Shown: positions 12,093 through 25,800, numbered from the stretch's first letter. The stretch is DNA of 64,000 nt from Monocercomonoides exilis PA203 (GCA_001643675.2 LSRY02000009.1:1860001-1924000); one strand, 5' to 3'. Made by a program: numbers and translations. The notes: a model not told the origin generated them from the sequence alone.

Positions 12093-12268
12093 GTCTGCCC
12101 TGGGAAGCTGATTCTGGACCCAAAGCCTTCAAGAAACTGTGCTGGACCGGTCACAGCACAGTTTCAGGACGGAATCAGCCTTGCCCCATTTAATTCGCTC
12201 AAGAGCGAAAATTGGGGTACCAATGAGCATTTGTCAAAAACAAATACACATTGGCTTGAGCAACAGAC
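12093..12268 (-). ncRNA. 176-nt multi-stem structured RNA element 3' of the USP-Sola transposase, copy 1
   Basis: Same length and high identity to 59956-60131, with unrelated flanks. Closing stem plus at least four internal helices. Compensatory changes and G-U-consistent changes favour the minus strand. Confidence 0.65.
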
Positions 12269-12348
12269 ATTCCAAACAATCAATTTTCCAACTGATTCAA
12301 AATACATAAAAATGCACATACAATGAACAAAAGTTACAAAAAAACAAT

Positions 12349-15300
12349 TCAATTCTCAAAATAACTCAGATCACAAAATTTTTCTCTTTCCTTTAGCATA
12401 TTGAAAGTGTAACTACCTAGCGGTGTTGCTGTGTCACATTTGCTGGACTTTTTGTATGTTTTTCTTTTTCTCTCATCTCTACACGATTTCACTTCGAACT
12501 TCACTTTATTTGTTCCTTTCGAATTCGACGGTGACACAATTGAACGGAAAATATCCTCGCCTCTTTTTTCATAAAACAAATACGTTTTCATTGCCGAAAT
12601 GTTCAATCTCTTCCACAAAACTTTGACTGACGCGTTGTATCTAAAGTCATTGGAATGCAAAAGAAAAAATATCAATTAAAAACTGAAAAAATACAAACAT
12701 CAGAAAGTGGCGATATAATGTTTCTTTCATTCCCTCATTGTTGAATACAGAAAAACTTTCGCGATTCGAATATTCCTTGAAGAAGTCAACCAATTCTTGA
12801 ACGTTCTTAATTTCTGTATCGTGATCCAAGTTATCCTCCAAACATTTAGAAAGACAGCCAAATTCTCCGTCACACTCACACTTCCCATGCTTTTCTCCAA
12901 AGAAGGAGAGAGTTGATCGTTTTCCTCGAACCAATGGTGATGAATTAGAAAGCAGATAAAACATCACATTCGAATTTCTGAAGTGGGGGCCTGTGTCGCA
13001 CATGAAATGGAATGCGGTGATTTTGTCGAAGATAGCGTGTTTGAGTGTTTCACTCAAACACTCAATTACAAATCTATAATCATGCGAGAGATTATTGGAA
13101 AAATAGTTGAACACATTCTTGTTTCTGTGGCCATCAGCATCCATCGTGTAAGCAATTACACAAAACTGTGAAATTTCATTTTTTTCGTAAAAATCTTTGC
13201 TTATCGCATTTCTTCTGATAGGTACACTCCAGTTTTCTTTGAAATCAAATAAGATCAGCGCTTCTTCATTCTTCAATGAATCTTTCAGACTGTGAAAATG
13301 CCTCTGCTGATTACGCGCATAGTGTTTATGTTTTTCGATTAACTGCATTGTTGATAATTCTTCTGGAGTTAGACATTCATTTTTCGCTTTCAGAGCTTTT
13401 TCTTTTTTTTGCAACGCTTGATATTTTTTACACAAGTCACACAGGTCCGAGCGTCTCTTCGCACGCTTCAAATGCCTTGTCCTTTTGTAAAATGAGCTCA
13501 GAGACATTTTTATGTTCTGTTCCAGAAGAGACTCATATAACTTCTTTTTTGTCACATTGATAATTCTAGTCAATTGTTTTTTATGCAATTCATTATTCAA
13601 TGGAGGAGACTTATCGCAGGAGCCAAAAGAATGACAATTTTCAGTTGGTATTGTGTTTATTTGTTCGAACTGTGATGTGAAAGTCTGTGAATGGTCGATA
13701 TTTGTTTCCGTTCGTGTGCCCATTATAGAATATGGAATATTTGATTGCTCAAAAAAATTATTTGTTGTCAAATGAAAGTCATTTATTGATTCATCCAATG
13801 TGGATTGCCTCATCGCATTATTCTGATCGGAGTTGAAAATTATTTCGTTATTTGTTTGATGATTAAGTGAAGAAGAGATTGAATTCGATTCGGAAGAAGA
13901 AGTTGAACTTGAAATGGAATTGGCTGCAGATGAGTTGATTGTTTGAATTGATGGAAATGAAGCTTCAGAAGGATTATGAAGTGATTTTGAAGGTTTTTTT
14001 CGTTGAATGTGAAGTGCTTGACTTTCAACAGTTTTATTTGCACGTCCCACCAAGGTTGATTTCTTGCAATTTGATTGATCCAAATGAAGTGAATTTGTCG
14101 GGGTTGTAATCGGCTTTGAAGAGACATCTGCATGTGAATTGAATGCTGTTGGATAAGATTTGCTTTGACGAGTGACTTGAGGAGATATGCTTGCAGCATT
14201 CGCAAAATGAAGTGGACAAGGAGATAATGAATGTATTCGATTCATTGTTGGAGTATCGCATATTTCAAAACAAATATGTTGTTGATGTGATGAGTAATTA
14301 TTTCCGGATTGAGATTCTGTATAGAGATTCACTGAATGTGGATTGTTGTTGTTCTGTCCAGGGATGTATTCAGGAGATATCAACAAATTAGGAGAGAGAG
14401 GAGAAATTATAGTACTTTCCGAAAATAAATTGACATTCTTGTAAATCAACATTATAGGAATACCACCATTACACAAATTGTTTTTGACTATTGTTGAAAG
14501 ATCGCTTTCCATCATAGATATAATGTTATCATTGCATAAGAACCACTTTCCTTTTGGTTGATTTACATCCTGTTCGAAATTGTGATTATTTCTGCAAATG
14601 CTATAGAAATGTCCCACATCTGTGTTTCTGGTGTAAAACAATATCGCCAATAACGTGTAGTTTTTCGATTCGGTGTCATATTTGCTTTTGACTTTTTGTT
14701 TTCCAGAAATCGAAGAGAAAGAAATGTGCTCATGTATATTGCATTTTGTTCTTTGCCATTGTTCTGAAGGTTCAATGGAAAAAGAAATAATATCTGGGAA
14801 TGATTTGATGTAAAAACATGTTGACTGAAATGTGTTCCTATTGCATTTTTCACAAAACGCCTCGCAGACATTCATTTCGTCTGATTGATTAAACATGTGA
14901 TCATTAAGACTGTTAATTATATCACAATTATGAAGTCGAATTAATGGAGTCATCTCAAATGCTCCACAACTTTCAGTTTCACACATTGAGCATTTTCTCG
15001 GAAACTGAATTTTCGCATTCATGATATTCATTAACTCTGGAGTTACCGAGGATAAATCTTCAAAAATCGAAAGAAACACTTTGTAAAATTCTTGCTGCTC
15101 TCCAAGCACCAGGTTATGTTTTTTGAACAAGTTGGAAACAAAGCTTTTATTCCATTCACTAAACTGCCGTTTGCAGTCTCTTTTGAAGATTGCAGAATCA
15201 TTTGAAACGATTGAATGTAACTGGCGAACCAAAGATCCAATTTTTCCTCTTCGAATATTCATTTTTAAACTAGCATTGTAAATTGTTCGAAAAATTTGAA

Positions 15301-16356
15301 TAAGAGACGACAAACAACAAGTATTCCCAAAATTTTTCAGAGGAGAAAAAACACATTTTTCATTTAATGCATCTTCATTTCCCATCATTGAAATAATTTC
15401 TGTCTCTTCATCAATAACAATTGGAGATGTGACTGTTTCATTTTGATCATAATTTGAAGCAACTGAATCATCTATCTCCTCCATGATGTTTTGAAACATT
15501 TGTTCATCTGATATTGTTGGCTCATAGGGAGCTGTCGGAAACATAGAAATTGTTGAAGATATTAATCCTGAAGAACTGCATTCAGGCAAACTGCAATTTA
15601 TTTGTTCTTCGTTTATGAGCAAATCTACATCTTCCTCCATGCCAATTTCATCACTTATTATTGTTAAAAATGGTTGATGAGAAGCTGTCATTTCACAATT
15701 AACCTCGTTTGTGGTGAAGTAATTTCGCAAAGGATCAATATCAGGTTCCATGCAATTGGGATCGCTAGTTGTAGAAAAATCATCATCAAAGTTTAAAGCA
15801 CATCCTTTTTGAAAGAAAAATATTAAATGCATATATGAAAAAGATAAAACAAACTCTTTTTTGATTTATTAACTCCTCTCACACATTCTGATGATTCTGT
15901 TGAATTCTCTAATAAAAATTTTTGGAATCTCAGTTCATCATTTTCGCTTAATCCTAAAAAATGGAAAGAAAAATATAGAGATAATACAAAAGAAAGAAAT
16001 CATATATCAAAAAAATGTAATACTGGATTTAGAAGGCGGCATTGGAGGCTTTGATGCTTTTTCAATGAAAAAATTACAATCTGAGCTGTGCTGCTTTGCA
16101 TGGTGGTATTTTCCAATTGTCAAATCAAAACCGAATTCCTTCAATTGCTGGAAGCTGTATTCGTGGCACACAGCTTTTAACAAAGCGACTTTGCTGTGAA
16201 CATTTTTTTCATTGTTATAAACACTTGCCATTTTCATTATAACATATTTGTTTTTTTCTTGATAAAAAATCAAAATATGGCAAAATTTTTTTGAAAAGTG
16301 ACATCAGATCAAAAATTTAACCCATCGTCATTAAATAATTTGCATTCAGTTTCCAT
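12349..16356 (-). CDS. Sola2-like DDD transposase containing an inserted USP (peptidase C19) deubiquitinase domain; spliced, apparently intact
   Basis: USP motifs NFGNTC, GEQQE, two CxxC, GHFYS and WFLCND. Transposase motifs SSFYK..DLCDLC, LFDFKENW, SHDY, MCDTGPHFRN and FFGEKHGKCECDGEFG. Introns 15954-16023, 15805-15854 and 12641-12698 all splice in frame. The first exon boundary is uncertain. Confidence 0.82.
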
Positions 16357-16859
16357 TATTCTTATGAAAAATAAAACAATACACTAAAATGCTTATCAGT
16401 TCATTACAAACTTCTTTCTGGAAAGAAATATTTTGAAACAAATAATTATATATTAAATTAAATGATCAAAATTAAAAAACTTGTTTCGCAATAAAAAAGA
16501 GTTACGTTTGCTTGAACAATCAAACAATTGCTGCATTATGAATTATTCACGGTATATTTCGATTCTTTTTTAGAATTAACAAAAACACTGATAATTATTT
16601 AAGTTTTAACTTAATCAGAATTTTTCAATGCTCAGAATGAATATCAAATTTCATGGAAGCAAATACAGCTTGCACAAATTGGAATGAACAAACGGATTAT
16701 CAAAAATTGATGGTTTGCTATTTGTTTTTCTTTATATCTAATAAATTTTAATTATTTCTTTTTTAGTGTTTCAAATTTGTAGCAGATTTCTGAGCGCTTT
16801 TTAAGAAAGAACTTGCAATTTGAAAATTCACAACAGATTCATTAGAAGAAGAAGAAGAT

Positions 16860-17285
16860 TTCTGCTGAGGGTTATGAGATACCAGAGCGAGACGATATTT
16901 GTGTCATAAGTTGCAGACAATCATGGAGATAACAAGCAATGTAGAGAGTTGGACACACCGTGTCACTCATTGAGTTTTGGAGTGCAGCACATTATTCCAT
17001 CTCTATTCTCTCAGTTGCTGATCTTGGAGCAAACAGAAATTGTTGGGAAGTGTGATGTGCATGATGTGATCATCCGCTCACTTGAGTCTCCCTCAGCAGC
17101 TTTGATTTATCTGAACTCAACATTTGCTAGCGATAAAGGAAATCTTATCACAACTTCTAAGAATGTTCGGATTGAGAGATTGAAATTCAACTTTATGTGG
17201 TCGTTTTCTTGCTCTGAAAGTTGTATTATCTTCGAAGAAAATGGTCAACTTTTTCTTTCGTTTGTTGATTTCTCTTCTTCCAAGT
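16860..17285 (+). pseudogene. Fragment of a large surface-protein family gene
   Basis: TIFVS...DNKQCRELDTPCHSLSFGVQH resembles the YVS..GND...CG....PC.TV module at 47075-47160. It has no clear start and runs into low-complexity sequence. Confidence 0.45.
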
Positions 17286-17579
17286 CATCATCACAATCAT
17301 CATTTTCTTCTTTTCTTCTTCTTTTCCTCCTTCTCCCTCTCCTCATTCTCCTTCTCCTTGGCGTTTGCCTTCGCCTTCTTCAACTTCTTCTTATCAAACG
17401 TTTTGTTCAAAAATATGTGGAAAGAAGACTGTTGTATTCTCAATGTTAACTGCATATTTGTTTCTTTCAAAAGCTTTTGATAGAAAATGAATACAACAAG
17501 AAACAGGAGATGCAAGAGGATGAAAAAGGAAAAGAAGATGATAACTCCGATGAACATGTCATCAGTGAAATCGAAAGGT

Positions 17580-19560
17580 CGATCTCATCTTATGCACACT
17601 CGATGAACAGCAGCATATTGTTGATCACCATCTCTTTCTCGATCGGAACCTGTTTGTGCTGTGAAGAAGAAGAAGAAGAAGCCAAGGTATCACATCCTTC
17701 GCACTCCCTCTTCCACGCCATCGCCTCATGGAACTGCACCATACGCTGCCAGTCCCATTGCGGCAGCCCAAAGCAGATCGTTTCAACCACATTGCTCCTC
17801 TACACAAGCCGCCGCTCCGTCCTGAACAGCTCTGGCGACTCTTCTTTCTTTGCCTCTGCCAACTGGACACATTCCACTCACCACTTTGGCCACTGCCCCT
17901 ACCACTGCCCCTGCCACTACCCCCGCAGGCATCCCCGAAAGCATTTGCACCTGGTCATCCAGCGCAGACTTGTCGTCTTCACAACTGCGCTGTTTTCAGA
18001 ATGAGTTAGAAGATGTCGTCGGCAAGCAGCATCATACGCATCCATCTACAGTTGGTACAGCTTGAAGAAATCTCCGCCTTCATATGCCCACAGCACTGAC
18101 ATTAAATATGGCAGACAGCATCAAAACAACCAGCGTGCGTCTCAGAAGATCCGCAGCGACAGCACCTGTGGAGTCTGCGGAAAGCATACGCAGAAGAGAC
18201 TCCAACTCCGAGTGCGTGATCACTTTGCACACTGCCCCCGATGAAGACGATGGCGATGATGACGAAGTTGATGAATCGCCACTGCATATCGCATCATACA
18301 GCGACTTCATCTCATCCTTTCGCTTCGCTGCCTCTGCTTTGAAGAAGTTCAGCAGAAACCCCAGAAACACTGACGCGTCTGCGTCTTTCTTCTCTGACTG
18401 TATCTTCTCAACATCCACCAAAAAACGTCTTGATCTTCTTCTCCGCTGCCCTTTCAAGCACGATGCTGAAGAACAAGAAGAACGACAGCTTGTCTTCATT
18501 GAACTCCTCCCTCACAAACCTCCCTAACAGCCACATCTCTGCAAAGTTCCACTGGAAAAGCTTCTCCCCCGTGGATCATCACCTTTCTGATTGCCTCGCT
18601 TTTCTTCTGATTCTTAATCTCCTTTTCGAACAGCGCCTTCTGCTCTCAGATCGTCTGCTCCTTCACTTTCTGCAGCACCATCACATCTTCATTTTCGTTC
18701 TCCATCTTGTTCTCTTCTGCTGCACCGTTGCATCTGCTCTTCCACCACCACCTCCATTTGTCCCAACGCCTTTCTCCTCCAATCTCTCGCTGATCAAAGA
18801 TCTCGTTTCCTCACTTCCGCCACCTCCTCCACCACCTCTGTTTACTTCTCCCGCAACACTCACCCCGCTTCCCACTTTCACAACAACCCCCTTCCTGCTC
18901 GGGTCTGGACCAAGCATCACAGCACTTCCACCACAATGCTTGCCACAGGCTTCTCTTGGGACTTTTTACACAGCCCCGAAGGCAGTATCAATAAAGCCTA
19001 AGACAGAACCATTCCACGATTTACTGAGTCCGACGAAGAAGATATGGAAAGCGACACACAAGACCCTTCAGAAACAGCTTGCAATCCACACTCACCACTC
19101 CTCCTTGCTGAGCCCAGCACTTCTTCTCCTTCTCAATCCCCACACCAATCAGCCTCGCCTTCTTTTTGTTCACCTCCAGCTGCTCCAGAGCTCATTCGCA
19201 TCTGAATTATTCTTCTCGCTCAGCTCCAGAATCATCCTCTCATGCATCTAATTGATCTTCCCCATCTCCTTCAGCTGCTCCTCTCGCCGGATCTTCCGTT
19301 TCGAGATCCGCTCTTCGTCCCGGATCTTCAACAGCAGCATGTTGAACTCCTAGTACCGCTTTTCTATCTCCTGCTTCTCCTCCTCGTGCTGCTCCTTCAG
19401 CTCCTGGATCTACCGCCCCAGCCCCTCCTTCAACACCTCCAGCTCCGCCAGATGTGCCTCGTTGTTCCCGCATATCTCACTCAGCATCTGCACCGCTTTC
19501 CTCGACTGGAGCGAGTTAATCAACATCATCTCAACCACCAAAGACAGAAAAGACAAATAA
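17580..19560 (-). pseudogene. Degenerate coiled-coil protein gene, paralog of 26030-27790
   Basis: Shared collinear blocks HERxIxELSEK, ERLEEKGVGTNGGGGGRADATV and VPxEKEMxINxMLLFxEC. Multiple stops and frameshifts. Confidence 0.55.
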
Positions 19561-22500
19561 AACAGATCACGAACGATGGGAACGCGTTCACAACCTTCGG
19601 AGCAAAGACCAAATTGCGCCCCGACTTCGCTCCCATTGATGCCATAAGCGAAGGAAGCGTTACCACAAGTGGAAACGAAAGCATTGCCTAAAGCACAATA
19701 TTATGTCCCTACAACACACGGTCTATGCAGCACATCACTTTATGTCAGAGTGGAAACTTTCAGTGTCTTTGGCGCAGGCTGCGATTGAAACAAAAACACA
19801 GATGGAAATGTGTGTTGTGTAGACACCTCAGCTGACTCTATTATTTAAATCCGCGTCTGCCTATCGTTGATGCCCTTCGCTGCTTTCGACGTGTATGACT
19901 TTTCCTCCACCAATGCATCCGAAGTATCAATTTCAGGAGCTGAAGATGGTGCTGATGGATGCTCATCCTTTATGGTCTTCTCTTCGGTTCTTTACCTACG
20001 AAATGGAGAAGCTGACAGACATACTGCTCCAGAGAAACATAAGAATTCGAAGAAGATACAAAACGTTGGAATGACAGTTGCGTTTCATAGTGTGAAAGAG
20101 GTTTATTTGAGATTAGCTACCATACAAATTGATAGAACATCGTCGGAAAAATAATACATTTGTGTTCAAATCAGAAAGGATCAGTTATCCATATAAGCTA
20201 TTCATTTGAGAGTTTTGAATAAGGATGAAACAGAGTTTATTTGCGCTTTGCATTGAAAAGAAATGGAAAAGATGAGTAAAAAATATATGTGGAAATAAAA
20301 GCGACTGTTGAAATGATTCAGGATTTAAATCTGAAATTAGAACAGTATGCTTTTTTTCATTACAAATAAAAGTGTTTTTCTATTGAAAATGAACAGTTAT
20401 TATTATTTGTTTTCTCAGTTGTAATTACTGTTATTGTTCTTTGAGAATAACTTCTTTCGTATTATTCAGCATTAATTCCCAACGCAGTTGTGGATTATCT
20501 TTGAACAAAATTTACAAAAAAATATTCCAAGATAAGAAACAAATTGTCTTTTCGTTTTCCAAACAAAGTAAAATGAATAAAAATAAGCAACAATTCAAAA
20601 AATCAGAATAATTATGCAAATGAATGAAAGGATATAAACGAAAATAAATGAATTACACGTTTTGTCTCAAATAACTGAAAAAAGGATATTGGCCAACGCT
20701 TATTCGACAAAAAAGTTAAAAGTTTATATGAAATCTATCTAACTGAAACTTAATATTACTGGATAAGCGGAAAAATAACCAACATGAAGTATTTCTTAAA
20801 ATATTTTGGGAATGGAATGATCAACATTTTTTGATCATACATGATCTTTTGTGGGACAAAATTAAACTCGAGGAACTTTTCAAAAAAATTTTGCCTTATG
20901 TTTATATTTCAAAACAGAAAAACCAATTACTGTTATTCAAACCTTCGAATATTTGTTGTATTTTCGAAAAATACTTTTTGCCAGTGTTTGTGTGCATAAA
21001 CATGTATTCTAACATTTGCACAGTGTCATTTGCAGATTTTTTCTCCATGAAATTCCAAACATCTTTACACTTTTCACTTTTTCTGGATGATGAAAGGTCC
21101 GAAAACCGAATCTTGCAGTCTTTTGATGCCATTGCCGCGAAAAGTTGTTAGGAAATGAAGAAAAGCAAACAATGGGTGTTAACATAATTATTTTATTCGA
21201 TATTTTTCGATTTGAAAATGGTTTTTCTGATGAAATTGAGTTGGTTGTTTTTCATCATTCTTTCCAATTGCAAAGATACTCGAAGCACAAGATGTCTCTG
21301 AAACTACCACATAGGATAACAAAGAAATTATTTCTATTACATCTTTTCATTAAAACAATATTAATTCAGTTCAGGGAGATTCAAATGAATCACATTTTCA
21401 GCAAACGAGTAACTTCTAAATTTTTGAAATGCACAATACCTTTTGCGAAACCAAAGGATTTCAAAAATTTTGCATCAACAATAACATAAACATAATTTGT
21501 GAAATTCAACTCTTTGGCTGGACATATAAATGTCGCAATATAACATTTGTCTTCGACTTTGATGCTTTTAACATATTAAACAACACAAAAGATGGATTGC
21601 TTCATTTCTCACATTAATTCTGTCATTCCGTTTTATTTCCAAGGTGAGTCAACCGATATGGTGAATTTGAGTTTTATTTCCAAAGACAATGTTTCCTCTT
21701 CCAATCTCTCTTTTTAATCTGATGATTTTATTCCTATGATTTTGAGGAATTTTATCAAGGCAGTTCATGCAGTTTCAACAACAAACAATTTTCGATTGTT
21801 TTGCAAGAACAAAAGTGAACAGATAAGAAATAGCACCTTCAGAAACGGTTCATGTGAAACATTCGAGAACAGTGATTATCGAGGAAAACATTCATCTTAT
21901 AAAAGTTCAATGAAAAATTGCTTCATTCATTCATGAGTGAATGCATTTGAAGGAGGGATTTCAAGCGGATAGAATACTTCACAGACTCTAATTTGGAAGA
22001 ACCAAGTGACAAACAGAAAAATAGAAAGATTTTCTCACAATTCAATCAATTATTAAATAACAGCTTATCACAAATTTGTCTAGGATATAAATATTTTGAT
22101 AAATGGATTCTTAAAAAACCAATCAATGGTCTTGTTAATGCAAGCACAATTGGTGGCTAAAATGATTTGAACGTAGTATTTACAACATATTTTGAAACAA
22201 CAAATTCTTCTTCATTTTCTGTCTCAGTGTGTTTGCTATTCACACTTTTCCAACGAATTTCACTCTGCACATAATTCACTCTTAAAAATGTCTTGCTAAT
22301 GATTTTTGGAAAAGGATTTATCCTAATGAGTTGCAAAATCACCACAATCATTGCAATCACTTTTTTTTTATGGTTATAATGCAATCATTTCAATGTGCAT
22401 ATGAACATGCTTTGCCTTTGTCTGATCTTTTACAAAGTTGCTGCAAGCAATTTGTATTCAAAGAATATCTAAGTTTATTTTCTTTATAAATTCAATTCTC

Positions 22501-22823
22501 TCATAAGTTTTGATGTATCTCTTTTTGCCTGAATTAAATTCTAATTTCTTTTAATGAACATCTTTGCATGCCATAGGCCCTTTTTTCTTGCTGATTTGCA
22601 ATGTTTCTTTCACTCTTTTCAAATATACCCGCTTTCAAAGTGAATGGCGGCTTTCTCCTTATTTTCCTCCATTTCCGAAATATCACTTCTTCTTCTTCTT
22701 CTCCTTCTTGATTTGTTTCACCAAAAGAAAAATACGAAAATACTCATTCATATTATTTATTTTCTTTTCCTTCAAAAATTCGTTTTCGTTGTAGTCATCA
22801 TCAATATCATCATCGTCATCATG

Positions 22824-22892
22824 ATCTTCTTCTTCTTTTTCTTCTTCTTTTTCTTCTTCTTTTTCTTCTTCTTTTTCTTCTCCTTCACCTTC
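22824..22892. repeat. (TCT/TTT) low-complexity 12-mer tandem repeat
   Basis: TCTTCTTCTTTT reiterated. Would encode EEEK on the minus strand. Confidence 0.8.
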
Positions 22893-25800
22893 CTCGTCAT
22901 CCACGTCTTCTCATCTTCTTCATCTTTTTCAATTTCTTCTTCGTATTCTTTGCTGATATCATTTGGCATTTGATTCATTTGAACTTTCAGCGCTGACAGA
23001 ACAGCATCATTTTCAGTTTTCGAAAAGAAAGGCAGGGATCCCACAAAAAGGGAGTCAATCAACTTTGAAGGAATGTAATTCTATTGATTGGCTTGAAAGT
23101 ATCTATCATTAATATTGCAATTTGGATAATAATCTCCTTGTGAAAAATACCTGCTGAACATAATATTATATTCAATCAACAACGTCATATGAAGCCTTGT
23201 CATATTCTTTTTCAGAAAAATCATCAAATTCTTTTTAAATTTCTCTGCTTCCATTTTTATTTTCCTTCTTCGTCTTCTTCGTCTCCTTCGTTTTATTCGT
23301 TATCTTTGACTTTTTTGCTGCTTCCTCCTGCTTGGCATTTGGAAAAGACTTTCATCATTCGGATGCATTTATCTATTTCAATTCTGCAGAGATGTTAAAT
23401 TGTACTGAAAATTATTTCATTTCCTTCCATTCAACACAGCAGATCAATCATTGTATTAACCTTCATTCCATTTGCCATTCACGATTTTAATGATGAAATG
23501 CTATCTGTATTAAAGATATCTTTTTATTCTTATAGTCTTTTTATTCTTCAACATCTTCTTCGATGACCAACAAAAATAATGTTGACATTTCCATTTCATT
23601 CGAATTCCCAACGAATTCAGTGCCAAGCATTATGTTTCGTTTCTTCCCAGAAAGACAAACGGAAATTTTAATCTTGATGGAATATCATCTGAAATAAAAG
23701 AAAAAGGAAGAGATATTATGATGAGTAAGGAAAAGAAGGGAAACCGACAAGCAACAAGAAACGGAGGATGCCTTTCCCTCCATTTTCAGTGAATGAAGGA
23801 GGTACAGATGAAAAGAAAATTACATCGAAGCTAATTTTGTTTGGAGATGAATTACAACAGAGATAACCTCAGAGAGATTTCTCCATCACCATGTGTATTC
23901 TCCTTCAGTGAGAGTGATTTTCTTGGAATATCTCCGACTGAGCAAACTCTTTCATGTTCATCTTCATTTTCGACTTCAGCAGCTTCTTTTGCATTTTTCT
24001 GATCACTTCTTTAATGTCATATCCATGATGATCTTCTTTGAATGTTACTGGATGAACAGAAAAGACGAGCAGTTGGAGACATCTTAACAAACACAGAAAT
24101 GCAAGAGCGAGTTGCCTCTTCACACTCCAATTTTTCAGTGCGTTCTCATTCAATTCTCTCACATCAACCAAAAATTGGGAGGAAACTTAGATGAAATGAA
24201 AGTTGATGACGACGAATGCGAAGAAAACGATGATGATAACGAGGAAGAAGAAGAAGAAGAAGAGAATGAGAAAGAGGAAACAAAAGAAGAAAGAGATAAT
24301 AAGTGTTTGGGGAAAGACACACACAACAAAGTATTCCCGTATTTTCAAAAGCCAAAGGAACATTCAAAAGCAGTTAAAGAAGATGATTAGGAATGAATTA
24401 TGTGACGCATTTGGTTAGACTGAAAAGTTGCCTGGGTCATTTTGTGGGGAAGAAACGCTGCCTCTTCTGCAGCCGTTGGGAGAACAGAGGGAAGAAGGCG
24501 GGGAAGGGAAGAGAGGAGCGACAAAGCATCGTCTTCTTTATCGGTACGTTGGCTTCAGAATTGTTTGAAAAGAGGGTGCAATGAATGAGCATCAGCATCC
24601 TCCTTCTCCTTCTCAACCACAAACGCATTTTCTTTCATATTCCCACCACTCATCCACTTCTTCTCCTCCTCCTTTCCCATCTTCACTATCTTCACCATCA
24701 TCTGCTTCTTCTTCTTCATATTCCTCTTCAAATATCACATATCAATCTGAATTCGAGTAGTTATGATTGTGATTGCAATTGTTCATCTGCCACCCAGCAA
24801 TCTGCATTGCAGTTATTTCTGTCTGATTACACACAGTTTGAGAGTGTCTCCAACACGCCGATTCTATCGAAGATTCCCTTTTGGAGCACTTGTGAAGGAT
24901 TTGATTGCTCCTGTGTGCAGATGCCTTCTCCGCCTCCGCACTCTTCAGATGCACTGCCTCTTCCTCTTCCTCTTCCCCCTCTTCATCTTCTTCGCTTTTA
25001 TTTTTCTCAGCATTTTCATCATCATTATGGATATCGTAACTTTCTCCTCCATCAACCTCATCTTCCTTCTAATCATCATCTTCAATCATAGCCTGTTTCA
25101 TATCTCCATTCGGATGATTATCTTCATTTGACTCAGCCACATCAAAATGTTTGCCGTTTGATGAACAACGTTAATTTTTGGATGAATTCAGAAATGAAAA
25201 CGAAAATGGATCAAAAGGAGATGAGAAAGAAAAAGGAGCAGAGAAATAGCAGAAGAACAATAGAAATATGAAGAAGAAGAAGAATATTCAGAGAGAGGAA
25301 GAACTTCAGAGAGGAGGAGGGAAAAGGAGAAAATTGAATGGTTGATTTATTTTTTGGACTGTGAAAGAGGAAAGGAAAAAGCAGAAACGGAAATATTGAT
25401 TGCGTTTCTTCGATAATTTTTTTCTCCGAAATCTTCATATTCTTCCTTCTCCCTTCTTCCTCGTCTGTTTTTATCAGTCTTCAACATCATAACAAGCAAT
25501 ATTATCTTCAATGCCTTCTTTTCTTCTTTTTTCTTTCTCTTCTTCTGTTTCTTGTTCTTCTTCACTGCTTTCTTCATCCCCATCTCATTCATCCTCTCAA
25601 ACAATCCAGCCTTTCTCTGCCTTTGGGCAATATTACACATATATCTCTTCTTCTTTTTTATCTTCTTCGTCTGTTCCTCTTCTTCTTTTTCTTCTCCTTT
25701 TTATCCTTCTTCTTCCTCTAATTATTCTTCATCTCCATTATTTTCTTCTGCTTCTTTTAATAATAATAATTATTATTATTTTTGTTTATCCACCTCCTTT

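Noticed and set aside
12093-12268. Identification as hammerhead ribozyme, tRNA, SRP or snRNA
   Set aside because: No CUGAnGA/GAAA core arrangement, cloverleaf with T-loop, or SRP helix-8 motif could be recognised by eye.
12069-12326. Plus-strand ORFs 12069-12326 and 59950-60258 as a conserved small protein (VCPGxLIxDPKPSR...)
   Set aside because: Copy 1 has no ATG start. Similarity begins and ends at the RNA closing stem, and non-synonymous changes are base-pair compensatory. Not fully excluded, since several changes are synonymous.
13560-15854. USP region as a large intron or separate nested gene
   Set aside because: Short GTTTGT...AG introns join exon 3 to the USP exon in frame in both copies, and the USP-to-DDD region is one continuous ORF.
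16280-16323. Inverted match with 42798-42838 as a TIR pair
   Set aside because: The two face outward and homology extends beyond the GGG into upstream sequence. They are paralogous 5' regions of the transposase gene.
20800-22450. Possible decayed gene on the minus strand, and another at about 32.6-33.9 kb
   Set aside because: Coding-like composition but many stops and no recognisable motif, so no product can be assigned.
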